Position numbers and translations under genes: made by a program. This document shows, one piece after another, positions 48,571-61,522 of a stretch of 64,000 nucleotides of DNA. Numbering within the stretch: the stretch's first letter is position 1; the number at the start of each line of letters is the position of its first letter. Location of the stretch: assembly GCA_013265495.1 (NCBI GenBank), contig MU062417.1:11686271-11750270 (forward strand), in the 5' to 3' direction. The stretch comes from Vicugna vicugna. Taxonomy: Eukaryota. The notes under the pieces were generated by a model that had not been told where the DNA came from, made no database searches, and was given only the letters and a program-made list of their open reading frames with translations.

Positions 48571-49499
48571 GTTGAAAAAATGTCACTGACACCTTCTATA
48601 GAGTAATCCCAATTATCCTTCCTCTCCAATATCACGCACTGCAGACTTTCTCCAGACAGCCCCCCGTGCACCAGTAACAAGTGCCCGCGTTCTGGCAGGT
48701 AAGTGGTGCAGGGTGGGGGGAGACAGCAGGCAGTGGAGGGGGCGGTGGTCCCCACTCTCCTGTCCGTAGCTCTGTCCGTTCCCCTTCCCCTTCCCCTGGA
48801 TCCCCTCAGTCTCACCCTTGCTTGTCCCTTACATTTCCTGGAAAACAGCAACTCTGCAAAAAGTCTGGCGGGGGTGGAGGGGGCGCTGGCGTCTGTATAA
48901 AAAAGGGAGAAAGAGAACAGTCACTTATTTTGTTACCGAAGAGTCTTTTGTTTCCCCTTTTAATGGAATGTGCTGTTTTTAAGTCTCGTCCGCCTGCGAG
49001 TGCATGTGCAGCGATGGCCCTGAACGCATTTGAATAATGTCTCTGCGTTCTTCTGTGATGTGGCGCAGAACGGCAACTTTGTACTTTGCATTTTTATTAT
49101 GATGAAGATATTTTATGACAGTGTTTGAGTCTCAACAGAAAAATCCCTGAAAACAAGGCATTTCTAGACCACTTACGCAGAAGGAAGGTGGCTTGGAACA
49201 GCTCTCTCCCGGGAACCCTGGCCCTGGGTAGGTCTGGTCTCCAGGGCAACAGGGAACAGCAATCTATAGAAGCAAAGCGGTCACTAACTTTGGAGGCTCA
49301 AACTGGCCCATTCGGCCTCCTGCTCACCAGGCAGCATCAGGGTCAAACCCAGAGGAAAATCTGCAATTCTGAAGTCAGCGTCCATGCTCTGCAATCTGCT
49401 TTTCCCTTCATTCTCACTTTTTCTTTTCCCTACCCCAGCTGATTTGCTTTTCGGTGTGTATCAGGCTGGTTGCAGCCAAAAGAGATATTTGTGTATTGG

Positions 49500-49930
49500 G
49501 GAAATAGTTGGAAGATACTGGAGGACCTGAAATTTCAAAGAGAGGTCTGGGTGGTAACCCAGAGACTTAGCAATATCAGAAAGCCACTGTCAATCACCCC
49601 TAGAGCTGGAGAAACACAAGGAGGAGCTTAGGAGGCAGAGTTACCCAGGGATGGCTGGACCCAGGCCAGGGGTCACCTATAGGAGCTGGGCCCAAAGAGG
49701 GATATGGTTTGAACGGGGCCAGTACCCCCGGGGAGATATGGTTGCTTCCAGAGATGCAGAGGGGGTGAGGGAAAGAAATTCCCTGGTCTCTCCCTTCCTT
49801 CTACCCTCCAGGCTCCTGCCAGTGACTCCCATTAGCTGGACTCAAAAGCTTAGCAAGAGAGCTTTGGAAATGTAGTGTTCATGGGTCAGCTACTTGTAAC
49901 ATAAGCCAGAGTAGAAGAGGAGTGGGAAAA
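49500..49930. mobile_element. Old ERVL-type LTR relic (LTR33-like)
   Basis: ctctcccttccttctaccctccaggctcctgccagtgactcccattagctggactcaaaagc resembles remembered LTR33-group text. Confidence 0.4.
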
Positions 49931-51144
49931 TTAACTAGAGAGCAATAAGCGAAAAAAAAAAAAAAGTACCTTGGACAGCGGTTCATTCTGTCTACCTTTA
50001 TTCCCCTTTAAAAACAAAGTCTCCATTTCTGGGGAAGATTTCCTTCTGCACAGAGGACGTGCCTGTGACCAGAGGGGACAGAAATGGAGCCAAAGGAAGC
50101 TGATGTGACTGCAGACCTGGGCGCAGGCACTGAGTGGCAACAGTGGAGTCTCAGGGGTCCCATGGACTCGTGCTGGTGTCTGGGAGTACAAACCCAGGGT
50201 ATTGGTTGAAAAGAGGCTGCAGCAAAATATAAATTATAAGAGATCCTTATGATCAGACATTATGACTGCATATGTGCTCCTGGTGGCCAGTTCATTCTGC
50301 GGCTTGATTCCAGCTGGGAACTTGTGATTTAAGAAGCAGGCTTCCTGGGGGAGGAGATTGGCAAGATGTGAAGCCAGGGTTTAGGTCTCCATCAAACAGA
50401 GCAGGAGGCTTTGGCCCCAGTCCCAGCAGTGCCAACCTAAGCCTGGTTCTTTCTGCAGAACAAAGACATTCATGCATCATGCCCTCCAGGCTTGCAGAAG
50501 CCCACTGCAAACACCAAGCTACATTCAAGATAATCACCCAGGTTGTGAACTCACTTTACCCTATTATTTTTTGGCCTTGGTGTTCTGATTCCAAAGATTT
50601 GACTTTGATATCTACCTCTGACTCCTCCGAGATGCTGTTTCTTTGCTGATTCTGGCTTAGTCCGTTCCTGTTGCCCTGGTACTTCCCACTCTACTGGGGA
50701 GAACTCCCTGCTCTGGTGCCTGGGGTTAGAGAATGCCTCTCCTGCCCTTGTTCTAAGGCCCATCCTCTGCCTGCCTTGGCCAGCCCTCACCCTGCATGAG
50801 GGTGCATTCTGAAAGGCAAAGAGGCAAAGAGTCAAGCAGGCAGAGGACAGTGTTCCTATTGGATAGGTTGGATCAATGCAGTAGGAGCCATGAAAGACTG
50901 AGGTCCCTAACAGACTCATCCTGGACCAGTCAGGGAGATGGGACTGTCAAGAGCCTAATAGGTTATCCTTTTCCACATACATCCCAGGCTTCCTCACTGG
51001 CCAGCAATATGTGTACCCTTTCTTCGGTCACAGAAATCCCCAGGGAGTCTGTCACCTGTGCCTTTCTTTCCAAAATGGAAACCGCTTCCTCTGTTTTCAA
51101 GTTTTCCAGGCAGTTTGTTAAGAAACACTAAGTCAAACATTCTG

Positions 51145-51340
51145 CTGGGATACTGGTCCCACCATTGACCACCCTGTGACTTCAGAGAATAATGTAACCT
51201 CTCTAAGTCTCAACCCCTGCATCTGGAAGAGATATAATATTAGTATCTCCCTTCTAGGGCTTGAAAATTAAATTGAGTCATTCATAAGGAACGAGATACA
51301 ATAAATGCTGATTGACATCATTGTTACCAACATCATCACC
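51145..51340 (+). mobile_element. MIR
   Basis: ctgtgacttcag..taacctctctaagtctcaacccctgcatctg..aataaatgctg. Confidence 0.55.
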
Positions 51341-51867
51341 ACCATCCAAGACTGAAGAGTAGGCACCATCTTCCTGGCTCTCCACTCCCTTGAGAATTTC
51401 CACAACAACACGGTCACCCTATGTTTAATGTTTTTTACTACCAACCACTGCCAGACAAAAGATAGTGGGTGATATGCCACACAGGAAGTTTTTAAAAAAT
51501 TCTTATAAAGTCCTCATTGTCATTGTACCTGCTCAGTAACCCCCAAATCTTTCATTTCTTTTGAGTCTCAGTAGACTTGCTGGTCTCCTGCTTTTATTTA
51601 GAAACATCTGAATTTCCTGGGGTCTCTTTCTAGTCTTTGTCAACTGTTTGTCTCATGAAAATGTTGTTCTCCAGTGTCTATGTTCAGAGTCACATTTTGA
51701 GTTCCTTAAGTCTTGTCCACGGATGACTACTTATCTCACAGGTCTCTATCAGCCTCCTGTGAACTCAGCCTCTAAAACTTGCCAAATAGAGTACAATTAC
51801 CCTTTCAGAATTAAATTTCCCCAAAACTTCTGATATGAGGCCAAAAAGGAATTATTTATAAAAATCT

Positions 51868-51968
51868 CATGTATGCACATGTATGACTGAAACATTATAC
51901 TGTACGCCAGAAATGGACGCAACATTGTAAACTAACTGTACTTCAATTAGAAAAATAGATTAAAAAAA
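51868..51968 (+). mobile_element. Very short young L1 3' end
   Basis: atgtatgactgaaacattatactgtacgccagaa..taactgtacttcaatt plus A-rich tail. Confidence 0.8.
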
Positions 51969-52369
51969 TTTCAAACACAGCTAGTCTTCTGGAACCAGGT
52001 ATCTCCTGGCCGTCCACTGGGTTACGTGGTGGTTGGTTTCTGGGCACGTCTTGGTTTTGCTGGTATATTGTTCACCAGATCAGCCTTTGAAAATGTGGGT
52101 AATGAGCTGGCAAAGGAAAAAAAAAATTCTTTCTAGACTGTTTCTGTCTGGAAAATCTTGCATTCCTTATTGGTAGTGGGATCAGAACCCAGGACCCCGG
52201 ACTCAGTGGATTTCTCATCTGATCGGCTCACAAGAAGATTTAAATCCCCAATATTTTACAACAGATTGAAAATGTACCATAAAAAGTAGAAGAGAGAAAG
52301 AAAGGAAACTCATTCTGACCAGAATATGATCCTGCAGGTAAGAAGTAAGTGGACACACTACCTAAAATC

Positions 52370-52560
52370 ACACTGTAGCTCTAACACCTATTGCTTGCAT
52401 GTCTTTGAGCGAATTTCTTAATGGTGCAATGCCTCAGCTTCCTTGTCTTCCAAATAGAGAAAATAATATCTATTCTTTAAGACTGAGGTGATGTTTTGAT
52501 GAATTAATACATGTAATACACTTAAAAGATTCCTGACTGGCTCAGGAAATAAGCAACCTG
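52370..52560 (+). mobile_element. MIR
   Basis: tgcctcagcttccttgtcttccaaatag..gaattaatacatgtaatacacttaaaa. Confidence 0.55.
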
Positions 52561-52950
52561 ACATGAAGAATCACAAAAATCTCAGAGGCATGCAACAAGA
52601 GGCATTTATTCCTCACGTGAGACCGAGCGCGGGGCAACTCGAAGCTGCATGTTACATCGTGGTGTTCCATATTTTTCTCAGCCTCCTTGGGCCAGAGGGC
52701 TTGGCAGGAACAGAAGCAGAAGAGGGCAAACCCAAACAAGCAAGCACATTAAGCCCCTGCTTCATTCTCACCTGGTGACATCTTGTTGGCCAAACACATC
52801 ATCTGGTTGAGCCCCAAATCAAGGACCAGGGAAATAGACTCAGTCTTCGTTGGAGGAATTGAAAGGTCACATGGCCAACGATATGGATTTGAATCCATCC
52901 AGGAGTGGGAAGGAGTAGAAAGAAGTCGGACCAATCATTTAGTCTGCTAC
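52560..52950 (-). mobile_element. MLT1 (H-like) LTR
   Basis: gagggcaaacccaaacaagcaagcacatt..ggaggaattgaaaggtcacatggcc..gtctgctaca. Confidence 0.6.
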
Positions 52951-53654
52951 ATGGGCATATAATGAAAGCTCAGTTAACATTGGCTACTTTCAGAGGTGCT
53001 ATTCCTAGACACCCTTAAAAGAAGATGTCTCTTACCAGTACTGCCTTCTATCTGCCCACGACTCACTGTTAATCGTGACCCCCCGATGGTCCCCTCGCTT
53101 AGTTGTGGCCGCTACAGCGGTGCCCCATACAGGCTCACACTGGCCATAGACCTTCTCATATCATCTTCCTTTACCGCCACGACTTATACCAGCTTCTGTT
53201 TGGGGGACAAATGCATTTGGCTTTTTCAACCCTCCAAGACCTAAAGTTTGAGACTGCTATGCAATCTGGGGTGCAGACGGTAGGCAGGAATGTCTCTCTT
53301 AGTAACCTGATCTCTCTCCCCATCTGTGCTGACAGCGCGGCTAGTTCTCATAGGAGATTCTTTCTCTCTTGTAGGACACTGCTGAGAGCAGCCCGAAGAG
53401 GCTAGCAGACACCGAAATTCTTAATTTCCCTACCGTTTTTCCCAGCACTTCAACTGCGGTCAGCTTGAGGTCTGATTTTCAAGGTACAGTAGGCAACAGA
53501 TTGACAAAATGTTTCACCGCTGCGGTAACAAGAACAACGGGGATTTCAGACTACATCTGAATCTTTAATGTCAGCCTCCCACCTCCTCCGTTCGGCCAGG
53601 TAGCTCTTCCGGGTCGTGTTTTCCCTAGTGCCCCACTTCTAGGAAACTAATTCT

Positions 53655-54195
53655 GTGTCAGTTACAGTTTGTTTCAGCTGCAGGTAACAGAAACCCAAAC
53701 AGGTGATCTAAACAAGGTGGAGGTTCATTTCTCTCGCACGCAGGAAGCAGGTTGTCCAGGATGGGTAGAGGAGCTTTGGAATTTTCAAGGGACTAGATTG
53801 CTTGTGCCTTTTTCCTTCATCATCGTCCAAGGTGACCTCATTCTTTGAAAGGTCTGCTGAGTCCCCAGCCGTCATGTTTGTGTTCCAAGCAAGAGGAAGA
53901 AGGGAGGGCCGAGAGGCAGGGCGGAGGAGGGCAGAGGAGGGCAGGGGAGGGCGGGTTGCCAAATAAAAAGTAAAGCCTAGCCTGGCATCCGCTTGATTTG
54001 CAATTCTTTCCCTGGGGGCGGGGGGTCTTCCAATGAGGATCGCTTACATCCATTTGGTCACATCTAACCGCACAGGAGGTTGGAACATGTAGTCTCTGAG
54101 CTTAGCACATGGCCACCAAAATAATATTGGGTTTCAGCTGGCAGAACAGAAGAGAGAAAAGAATATTGGGCAGGCAACGAGCAGTCTCTCCCATG
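53655..54195 (-). mobile_element. MLT1J-like LTR
   Basis: tgtgtcagtta..cagctgcaggtaacagaaaccc..gaatattgggcaggcaacgagcagtctctccca. Confidence 0.7.
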
Positions 54196-55035
54196 CTCCC
54201 CAGGAGTTCTCTTCTCCCTGCCTCGTGCTGCCAGGGCTGTGACCGATGCCCCATCTGCATGAGAGCTGACAGCCGAATGACGGAAGCTAATATTTCATGG
54301 GGGCGGGAGGAGAGGAAGGAGAACAATGCTTATGAGTCACCGACACCCGATGCCAGTAAATTTCATGTTGTTTCCCGAGAGTGGTTTGATGTAAGGGAGG
54401 GAAGGAGGTGAAGGAGAGGCTACCATCAGGGCACCAGGCACCAGCGCAGAGAAAGGGAAACGGGCGCCAGAGACAGTTCCATTTGTTTTTCCGAGGTGTC
54501 TTGATCCTGGATCGTGAGCAGCCAACCAGATCCCCTTTCGTGTAGTCCCACCAATATCAGGGTCATAGTTGAAAAAGTATTTTTTCTGCCCTGCCAGTCA
54601 CCCCCTGAGCAGCCTTCCAGATGACTCCCACTGCACACCACCTGGGTTCTCTGAATATGGGGGTGTGGCGAAGGGCTGTGCTGAGCAGTGACGTGTTGGC
54701 TCCTTTTGGGGTGCTGAGTGGAGGTGGCTTGGCCTGGAGGACTTATTGCCTTTTCTGGGGAAATGGTCACTCTGCTCCAAAAACGATGCCTCTTACCCAG
54801 TGCTGTCAGATCTTATCAGACGATGCACCAGACCAGGACGATCTCAGATCTAACAACAGATGGTCCCCAGCTTGCGTGACCAGATGCTGTCATCTGGTTA
54901 GTGACTGTGAGCCCCCCTTTTCTGGATGTGCCAGGGCCCTCTCTAGGAGGGGACACTCGTTTCCCTGATGAGAGCATCCGTGGTTGAAGGCTCTCCTCTG
55001 AGTCCCCCTCAGTCAAAGAAGCCACTTTACACAAG

Positions 55036-55409
55036 GCCATTCGAAGTGAAGTGAGCCAGAAAGAGGAAGAAAAATACCATATGATATCACTTACATGCAG
55101 AATCTTTAAAAAAGGTACAAATGAACTTAGTTACAGAACAGAAATAAACTCACAGACATAGAAAACAAACTTAATGGTTACCAGGGGGAAATGGGGTGGG
55201 GAGGGATAAATTAGGAGTTCGAGATTTGTGGATACTAACTACTATACATAAAGTAGATAAACAACAAGGACCTACTATATAGCACAGGGAACTATATTCA
55301 ATATCTTGTAATGAAAAAGAATATGAAAAGGAATATATATATTTATATATATGTATCTATAACTGAATCACTGGACTGTACACCAGAAACTAACACAACA
55401 TTGTAAACT
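55036..55409 (+). mobile_element. L1 3' end, truncated by a gap
   Basis: gtgaagtgagccagaaagag..aaacaacaaggacctactatatagcacagggaac..acaacattgtaaact. Confidence 0.9.
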
Positions 55410-55541
55410 NNNNNNNNNNNNNNNNNNNNNNNNNNNNNNNNNNNNNNNNNNNNNNNNNNNNNNNNNNNNNNNNNNNNNNNNNNNNNNNNNNNNNNNNNNN
55501 NNNNNNNNNNNNNNNNNNNNNNNNNNNNNNNNNNNNNNNNN
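55410..55541. other. Assembly gap (132 N)
   Basis: N run. Confidence 1.
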
Positions 55542-58500
55542 CCCTTTCAAACTTTAAGGGGTACCCTCTGCTCAGAGTGGATTACAGATAATTCCCCATA
55601 CCCTACTCCTATCACAGGTAATCCACACTTATTCTGTTATCTTTCTAGAAGAACATTATGTTGTGACTGTGGGTCTAGTGTGGTGAGGAGGTCTGAGTTG
55701 TCCCCTAAGAGCTGGGAGATAAAAGAAATAAGATTAGCTTCTAAGGAGTCAACTAGAAAAATCCACATGCCATGTTTAGAAATTTGGATGAGCAATGAAA
55801 AATTATGGGGAGTATATTCATTATGGCAGGTGTCTATCTGTAAGAAAAAAATTTGTATCTATGTCATAGCTTGTTAGCAGGTTTATTTTTTAAATAAGAG
55901 ATAGCAAACAAATTGCTTTGAAATATATAACATGAGAAGTCACGTCTTAACAAACTTGTATTTTATAAATAAACTTTTTTATGGAAAAAAAAAAGAAAAA
56001 GAAATCTGGATGAGTAAAGAAGAGACTGTCAGGAAATAGAAGATCAAAGGATTTGCATTTTCCCCCAGTTCCACACAAGGTGACCTGGGTCTCAGAGAGG
56101 CAGGACAAGAACGTGGCTAACATTTAGGATGCAAAACTCCATCAGGTGTATTGCAATGCAAGAACATGAAGGGACCGTCCAGATCACGAAAAGTCTAGCT
56201 CAGTGGGATAAACTTGGCAGTGTTTTTCCAGCACTGGCCAAACTGAGAAGACACTGAATCTGCAAGACAACTGTAATTTAATTACGAGAGAGGTGTTCTG
56301 TAGCCAAGGGTTGGGCTGCTGTTTCTCACCACACCGTGGTCTGGAAAAAACTCTCCCAGACTCTCCACCGCCCTTTGCTCTGACTCTGTGCTTACTACGC
56401 AACTTGAGAATCATCATTTTGATCTCTCCAGGAAGGGGCTGTCCCCCAGCAGGAGAAGTGCGAATTCCTTTCATGGGATGACAATAACGTCTACCGAATC
56501 CTGATAAGCTTTCAATCTCCTGATGCGCTTGGGTTTTAATTCGGTTAGTGCGCGGGTCAGCATCCCTGCTTCCGACTCTAGGACAGTGACAAAGGTTGGA
56601 TCTCAAGGGCTCGGTGAATTCACCCAGTTAATACCTCCCCGTCAGACAACTCAGTAAAGAGCCTTCATGTCAAGCTCCCTTATCCCTCCAAGTGGGCAGA
56701 GATCTTTGGAAAGTTTATCTGTGTCTGTCTGCTTCGTATTTTACATTCAGGAAGTGCTGAAATGCTGAATGTCATTGGCGACTTTGGGGATTTCTCCGTA
56801 AACTTGCCCTTTCAGACCACTCATAAAAACAAGGGATAAAATACGCCCCAGACTAAGGAAACTTGCTATGTGTACATCCTCGTAAAAACAATGCCTGTTT
56901 ATGTCCACACTTGATATCATAAATACATAAAAAATATGACTCTGTCTTTGGCAAAAGATTTTCATCCATCCACTGATGCTTGGCTGGGGCAGGCAGTGCT
57001 TACGAGCTCCAGGAAAGCTTGCATGAATCACAGTGTTGGAACTTTCTCTTCTCTGGGCTATTCAGCTGGCTCTTTAGACAATGACTTCCCAGCAGGTCCA
57101 AAAGGCAGATCGCTCCCGGCAGAGGGCTCCGCTCAGGTCACCTTCTTCTGGATGTGAAATTTCTTCTGGGTCTCTGGCCCTGAACTCCTGGCGTCCTGTC
57201 CCAACTCAGCTTGCCAGATCTGGGCTGTCCAGATTCAGTGCGCGGTACTCCCCCTACCCAGGACTGTAACCTCAGTTTCCCAGATGCTCAGCAGACTAGC
57301 CTGTCCTCCGGCTCTGAAGGATTAGGGTGTCTCCGATCAGGTGTCCGTGACTCAAACACCATTCCATTCACTCAGTAAGACTGGGGGAAAGATTTAAACA
57401 TCTTCCTGAAACCCACCTTCCCTGAACTTCTGTCTCCCACTTGGGAAAAATGAATGAATCCCTCATACACCCTCTGTACTCATTCCCTGCAGAAGGCAAG
57501 GCTGCACAGGCGGATGGAGGGCTGAACTGATGGCACAGATCAGAGATCTGGGGGTGCCTGTAAGCAAGCCCCCGTGGCCCTGCTCTGTGTCCCTGCAACA
57601 TGTGAGCAGAATTGTCTCCTGAAAATCCCAGGTTTTACAGTGAAACTACCATCCTCAAAAATCATGTCTGTATAGAGGGAGGTACTTTAAGATAGGTAAT
57701 CCTTCCTCTTTCTGCCACCCCAAATTTCCTATTTGTTTTATCTCCCCTTTGATTACTTTAGAAGAAAGATGACACAGCAAAGCAAAGATAGGAAGCTAAT
57801 ACTTGACTTTGGAAGAATATATGAAAAAGAATACATTGTTTCGATGCCCAGGAAGGTAAATGATTCTCTGGGTTGTGGAAGGGAAGGGATTGGAAGGGAA
57901 GCCAAGATAATTTAATACTGGAGACGTCTCAGCCTTGGGGAGGAGGTGGAGGAGGCCCTGGAAAAGCGTGAAGATGCTGAGATCAGAGACCAGCAACCTA
58001 CTTCTGTAGCCTCCATCCTTCCTGAGTCCAGAAAATGGGAAAATCCAGAATGAGGGGCTGCAGGAGGGAGCTGCATGGATGGAAGATGACCTCAAAGAGC
58101 AAACGCCTGTCCCCAAACTTTGGCCGTGTACAAGCCGCTGTGTAAAAAGGCCCGTCTGAAAGTTAATTAAAGTTGTGCAGAAATAAGAGATGATGGAAGC
58201 CCCCCTGTCCCACTTCAGTGCCTACAATTATCCAGACAATTTATAAATACTTTCACATCTTCGCCACCCAGTTTGGACCAATGTCTGTTTTCTATGGCTT
58301 GTCTTGTGTTAGTTCATTTACCCATCAGTTCCTGCAGACGGGGGAGGCTTGTTTGATTATGATATTTGGGGTTTTCTGCAGCCCGAGGCTCCAGTTAGAA
58401 CACAGGGAGGACCCAAATGGAGATGGAGTCTGAGCGAAAGAATCAGGGCTTGTGGGGAGTTCGGTGCAGGCAGAACAGAGCACAGCCTCCTGCTGGGCTG

Positions 58501-59914
58501 GTCAGGGTCCCTACCGGACGGCGCTGTATTCCGGGCACCTGTGCTGGGTGCCCCCCTTGAGGCCAGAGGCCAGATCAACAGCAAGGTGACCTTGGAGCTG
58601 ATCACTCATAAGGCAGCCACCCAGCCTTTTGGTAAACGGATGCCTGCCACAGCATTGCTTGCTTCAGCCAGCGGACAGACTGAAGGACGCGTTCCAATCA
58701 GATCTGGTTGCCAGTTATGATCCTTCTACGTTTTTCCCCTTCAGATTTAGGGAGAGAAAAAAAAACCCTCCCTGCCCTTCCTTCTCCTCCTTCCTCTCCT
58801 TTCTCTTCCTCCTTTTCCTTTCTCATCCCACTCTATTCTACTAACTGCGTTGGTGTGGGAAATTCTGCATCTGTCAAATCAGGGCACTTTGTCTAACCTG
58901 CCTGAGTTTCTCAAACCCGGAGCGCACATGGGAAAGGAGAATGCGGGCACTGTCCCCACGAGGCAGTCCCAGGCTGCAGAGACGGACTTGAACGCAGCAG
59001 GACTAAGAATACAGAAACCACAAGCACGGAGGGGACAGCCTAGGATGCTTTCAGGGATAAAAGCATCTCTCCTGTAGTCAAAGGGCGAAAGGCAGGGATA
59101 GAGCAAAACAGAGAGAGACAATAAGGTGGTGAAGCAGGAGGAAAAGAATTTTCTTGCCTCCTGAGGGTAGAAAAAGGGTTTAGTGACACCGGAAGGTGTC
59201 GGCTAAGCCTTGGGAGATCACTCTGTGCTGCAGACACTCTTGAGGGAGGCAGCTGTGGGACCTGCCCCCGGCGCGCTCGAGAGCGGCTTCTGCCCCGCGA
59301 TAACAACTTAGGGCACGGTGGGTGCCCAGCAAGCTGGGAGGAAGGGGGCTGCTATCCCAGAGGCAGGGCGGAGGTGAGAGTGCAGAGTCCCACGGGGGTC
59401 CTGAGAGGTGGGAAGCTGAATACTGAAGCAAGTACATCTCTGGCTTCAAATGCCCATATGGAAAAAAAAACAAAAACAAAAACAAAAAACTACCTTATCC
59501 ATGGAGATGGGGTGACGTAAATGGGTTTCATAGCCAAATCTAACTAGGAATTGTCCATTTCTATTGGCCATCTCTACTCCTGGCATTTTGGGTCATATTT
59601 TCTGTTCATTGCACTTCTTAATATTACATTGAGAGAAGAGGGATGGCTGGTCCCCAGTTCAAGTATTCTCAGGAGGGCAGAGATTAGGGTGAGGCAAGAG
59701 CCCATGAAACCGATCACCTGGGGAAATTCCTGTCACACGGTCACTGACTCTGATGTTATAACCTTGTGGCATTTTTAAGGAGGAAGAGAAGAGAAAGATG
59801 ATTCCGGCTTGGATTGGAAACCTTAATGTCACTCTGTAAAGTGTGCCAAGCACCCTTCCTTTCATAGAATTTCCGCATCTGTTCAGTGGGTTTGGATGTA
59901 TGGGGAGAGAATTT

Positions 59915-60037
59915 TATTCACTCATTCATTCATTCATTCGTTTACTTATGTATTTATTTCACTGGAGGGACTGGGGATTGAACCCAGGACCTGGTGCATG
60001 CTAAGCACACACTCTACCACTGAGCTATGCCCTCCCC
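59915..60037 (-). mobile_element. Camelid Vic-1-type SINE
   Basis: gggactggggattgaacccagg..actctaccactgagctatgccctcccc. TSD GAGAGAATTT at 59905-59914 and 60042-60051. Confidence 0.92.
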
Positions 60038-60906
60038 TCTAGAGAGAATTTCTAGAAGGATCAACATTGCTAGTTTGGTCCATCATCAGGGACCACCACA
60101 CATCGAGCGTTCACTCTGCAGACAGTACTTAAGATCCAGGAACAAACAGAAGGCAATTTCTCCCTGGAAGGGATGAGCTGTGAGTCCTCCGTCATTGGAA
60201 ATTACATGCCAGCACCTTTTGGCTTCAGCAACTCCCAAAACCATGCCATATGTTTCTGAAACTTAATTTTTTGTTGTTGTTGTTGTTGAACTGGCCAGAG
60301 CTGTGAAATAGAGTTTGCTTTCGGAATACAGGTATCTCCCCTGCTCCCCTCACCACATTCCTTTCCGGCTCATGGTTTTCATCTATGAAGCTACATTTGA
60401 GAAGCCTCAAGTCACATGGCCCAGAATGTCCTCACCTGAACAGCTGAGCCTTTGGCCAGGATTGAGAGAAAGCCCTTTCCAGACTACAACTGACAGCCCT
60501 CATCAGACGCTGAGTCCAGACCGAATGCTGGAACAGGAACCTGACACACCTTTGATGATTTGGAAGAGGAGCCGCAGGCAGCCTGGTACCTGATCCCTCT
60601 CTCTGTGCTCAGCCAGGGGGCTGTGGCCACGAGCTTGCCATGTGTCCCCACCCCTGCTGCCTCCAGCCCCTTCAGAGCCCTGCTTCCCGCCTCCGGCACC
60701 AGTGGCACCAGAGGCACCAGAGCCCTCACGATAGAACTGTCCGTGCCTCACTCATATTCACCCTGTCTCTTCCTTCTCCCCATAAACTCCTCAGTCCCAC
60801 CTCCTGTCTTCCCAAGGCTCCATTCACCCCACAAGCCCGCCCTCCCAGGTTCTTTCCCACGCTTCAGATGTCTGGATTCTTTCTTCTCTTTTAAAACTTT
60901 CCTTGG

Positions 60907-61371
60907 GTGTTAGTTTCCTATTGCGAGTGCGACAAATCATCGCTAACTTAGTGGCTGAAAGCAACAGAGGCGTTAACTATGGATTCTCTAGGTTAGAAGT
61001 CCAGTTCAAGTGCTACCAGGCTAAAATCGGGATGTCCCGTAGGCTCCCGGGAAGATTCTGTGTCTTGGCCTTTTCCAGCCTCTAGAGATGCTCCCCACCC
61101 CTCAACTCCATCCAACAACCGCCAACGGCAGCTTGAGTCCTTCCCTTTCACATCCTTCTCACCCCACTTCCGTCATCACCTCCCCCTCTACTTTTAAGAC
61201 GTGCATGATTTCACTGGCCCCACCTGACACACCCAGGAAAACTTCCCCATCTCCAGGTACTTATATCATGGCATCTACAAATTGCCTTTTGCCAGGTAAG
61301 GTAACACACAAATGCAAATGTGCCAGGGACCAAGTTGGACCATCTTTGGGCCACCATTCTTTTGCATACCA
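60907..61371 (-). mobile_element. MLT1C/D LTR
   Basis: tgttagtttcctattgc..aacttagtggctgaaa..ccttttccagcctctagag..gccaggtaaggtaaca..gcatacca. Confidence 0.8.
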
Positions 61372-61483
61372 TGTGCTTCCTGGCTCCCAGTCCCTCAGAA
61401 TTTTCTAGGTGGCTAACACTAATTTAATACATTAACCCACAATCAGGAGTGTATGGGTTTATATCTCCCCTTACACACGGGCG

Positions 61484-61486
<3 letters not shown>

Positions 61487-61520
<34 letters not shown>
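61487..61520. repeat. (AC)17 microsatellite
   Basis: Direct count. Confidence 0.95.

Positions 61521-61522
<2 letters not shown>

Noticed and set aside
48872-48890. Additional CTCF-like matches (also about 41690 and 62045)
   Set aside because: They are partial matches with mismatches at key core positions.
11692-60037. tRNA-Ala genes at the five tRNA-like heads
   Set aside because: They have degenerate stems, A/T-rich tails and (in several) TSDs, so they are SINEs, not tRNAs.
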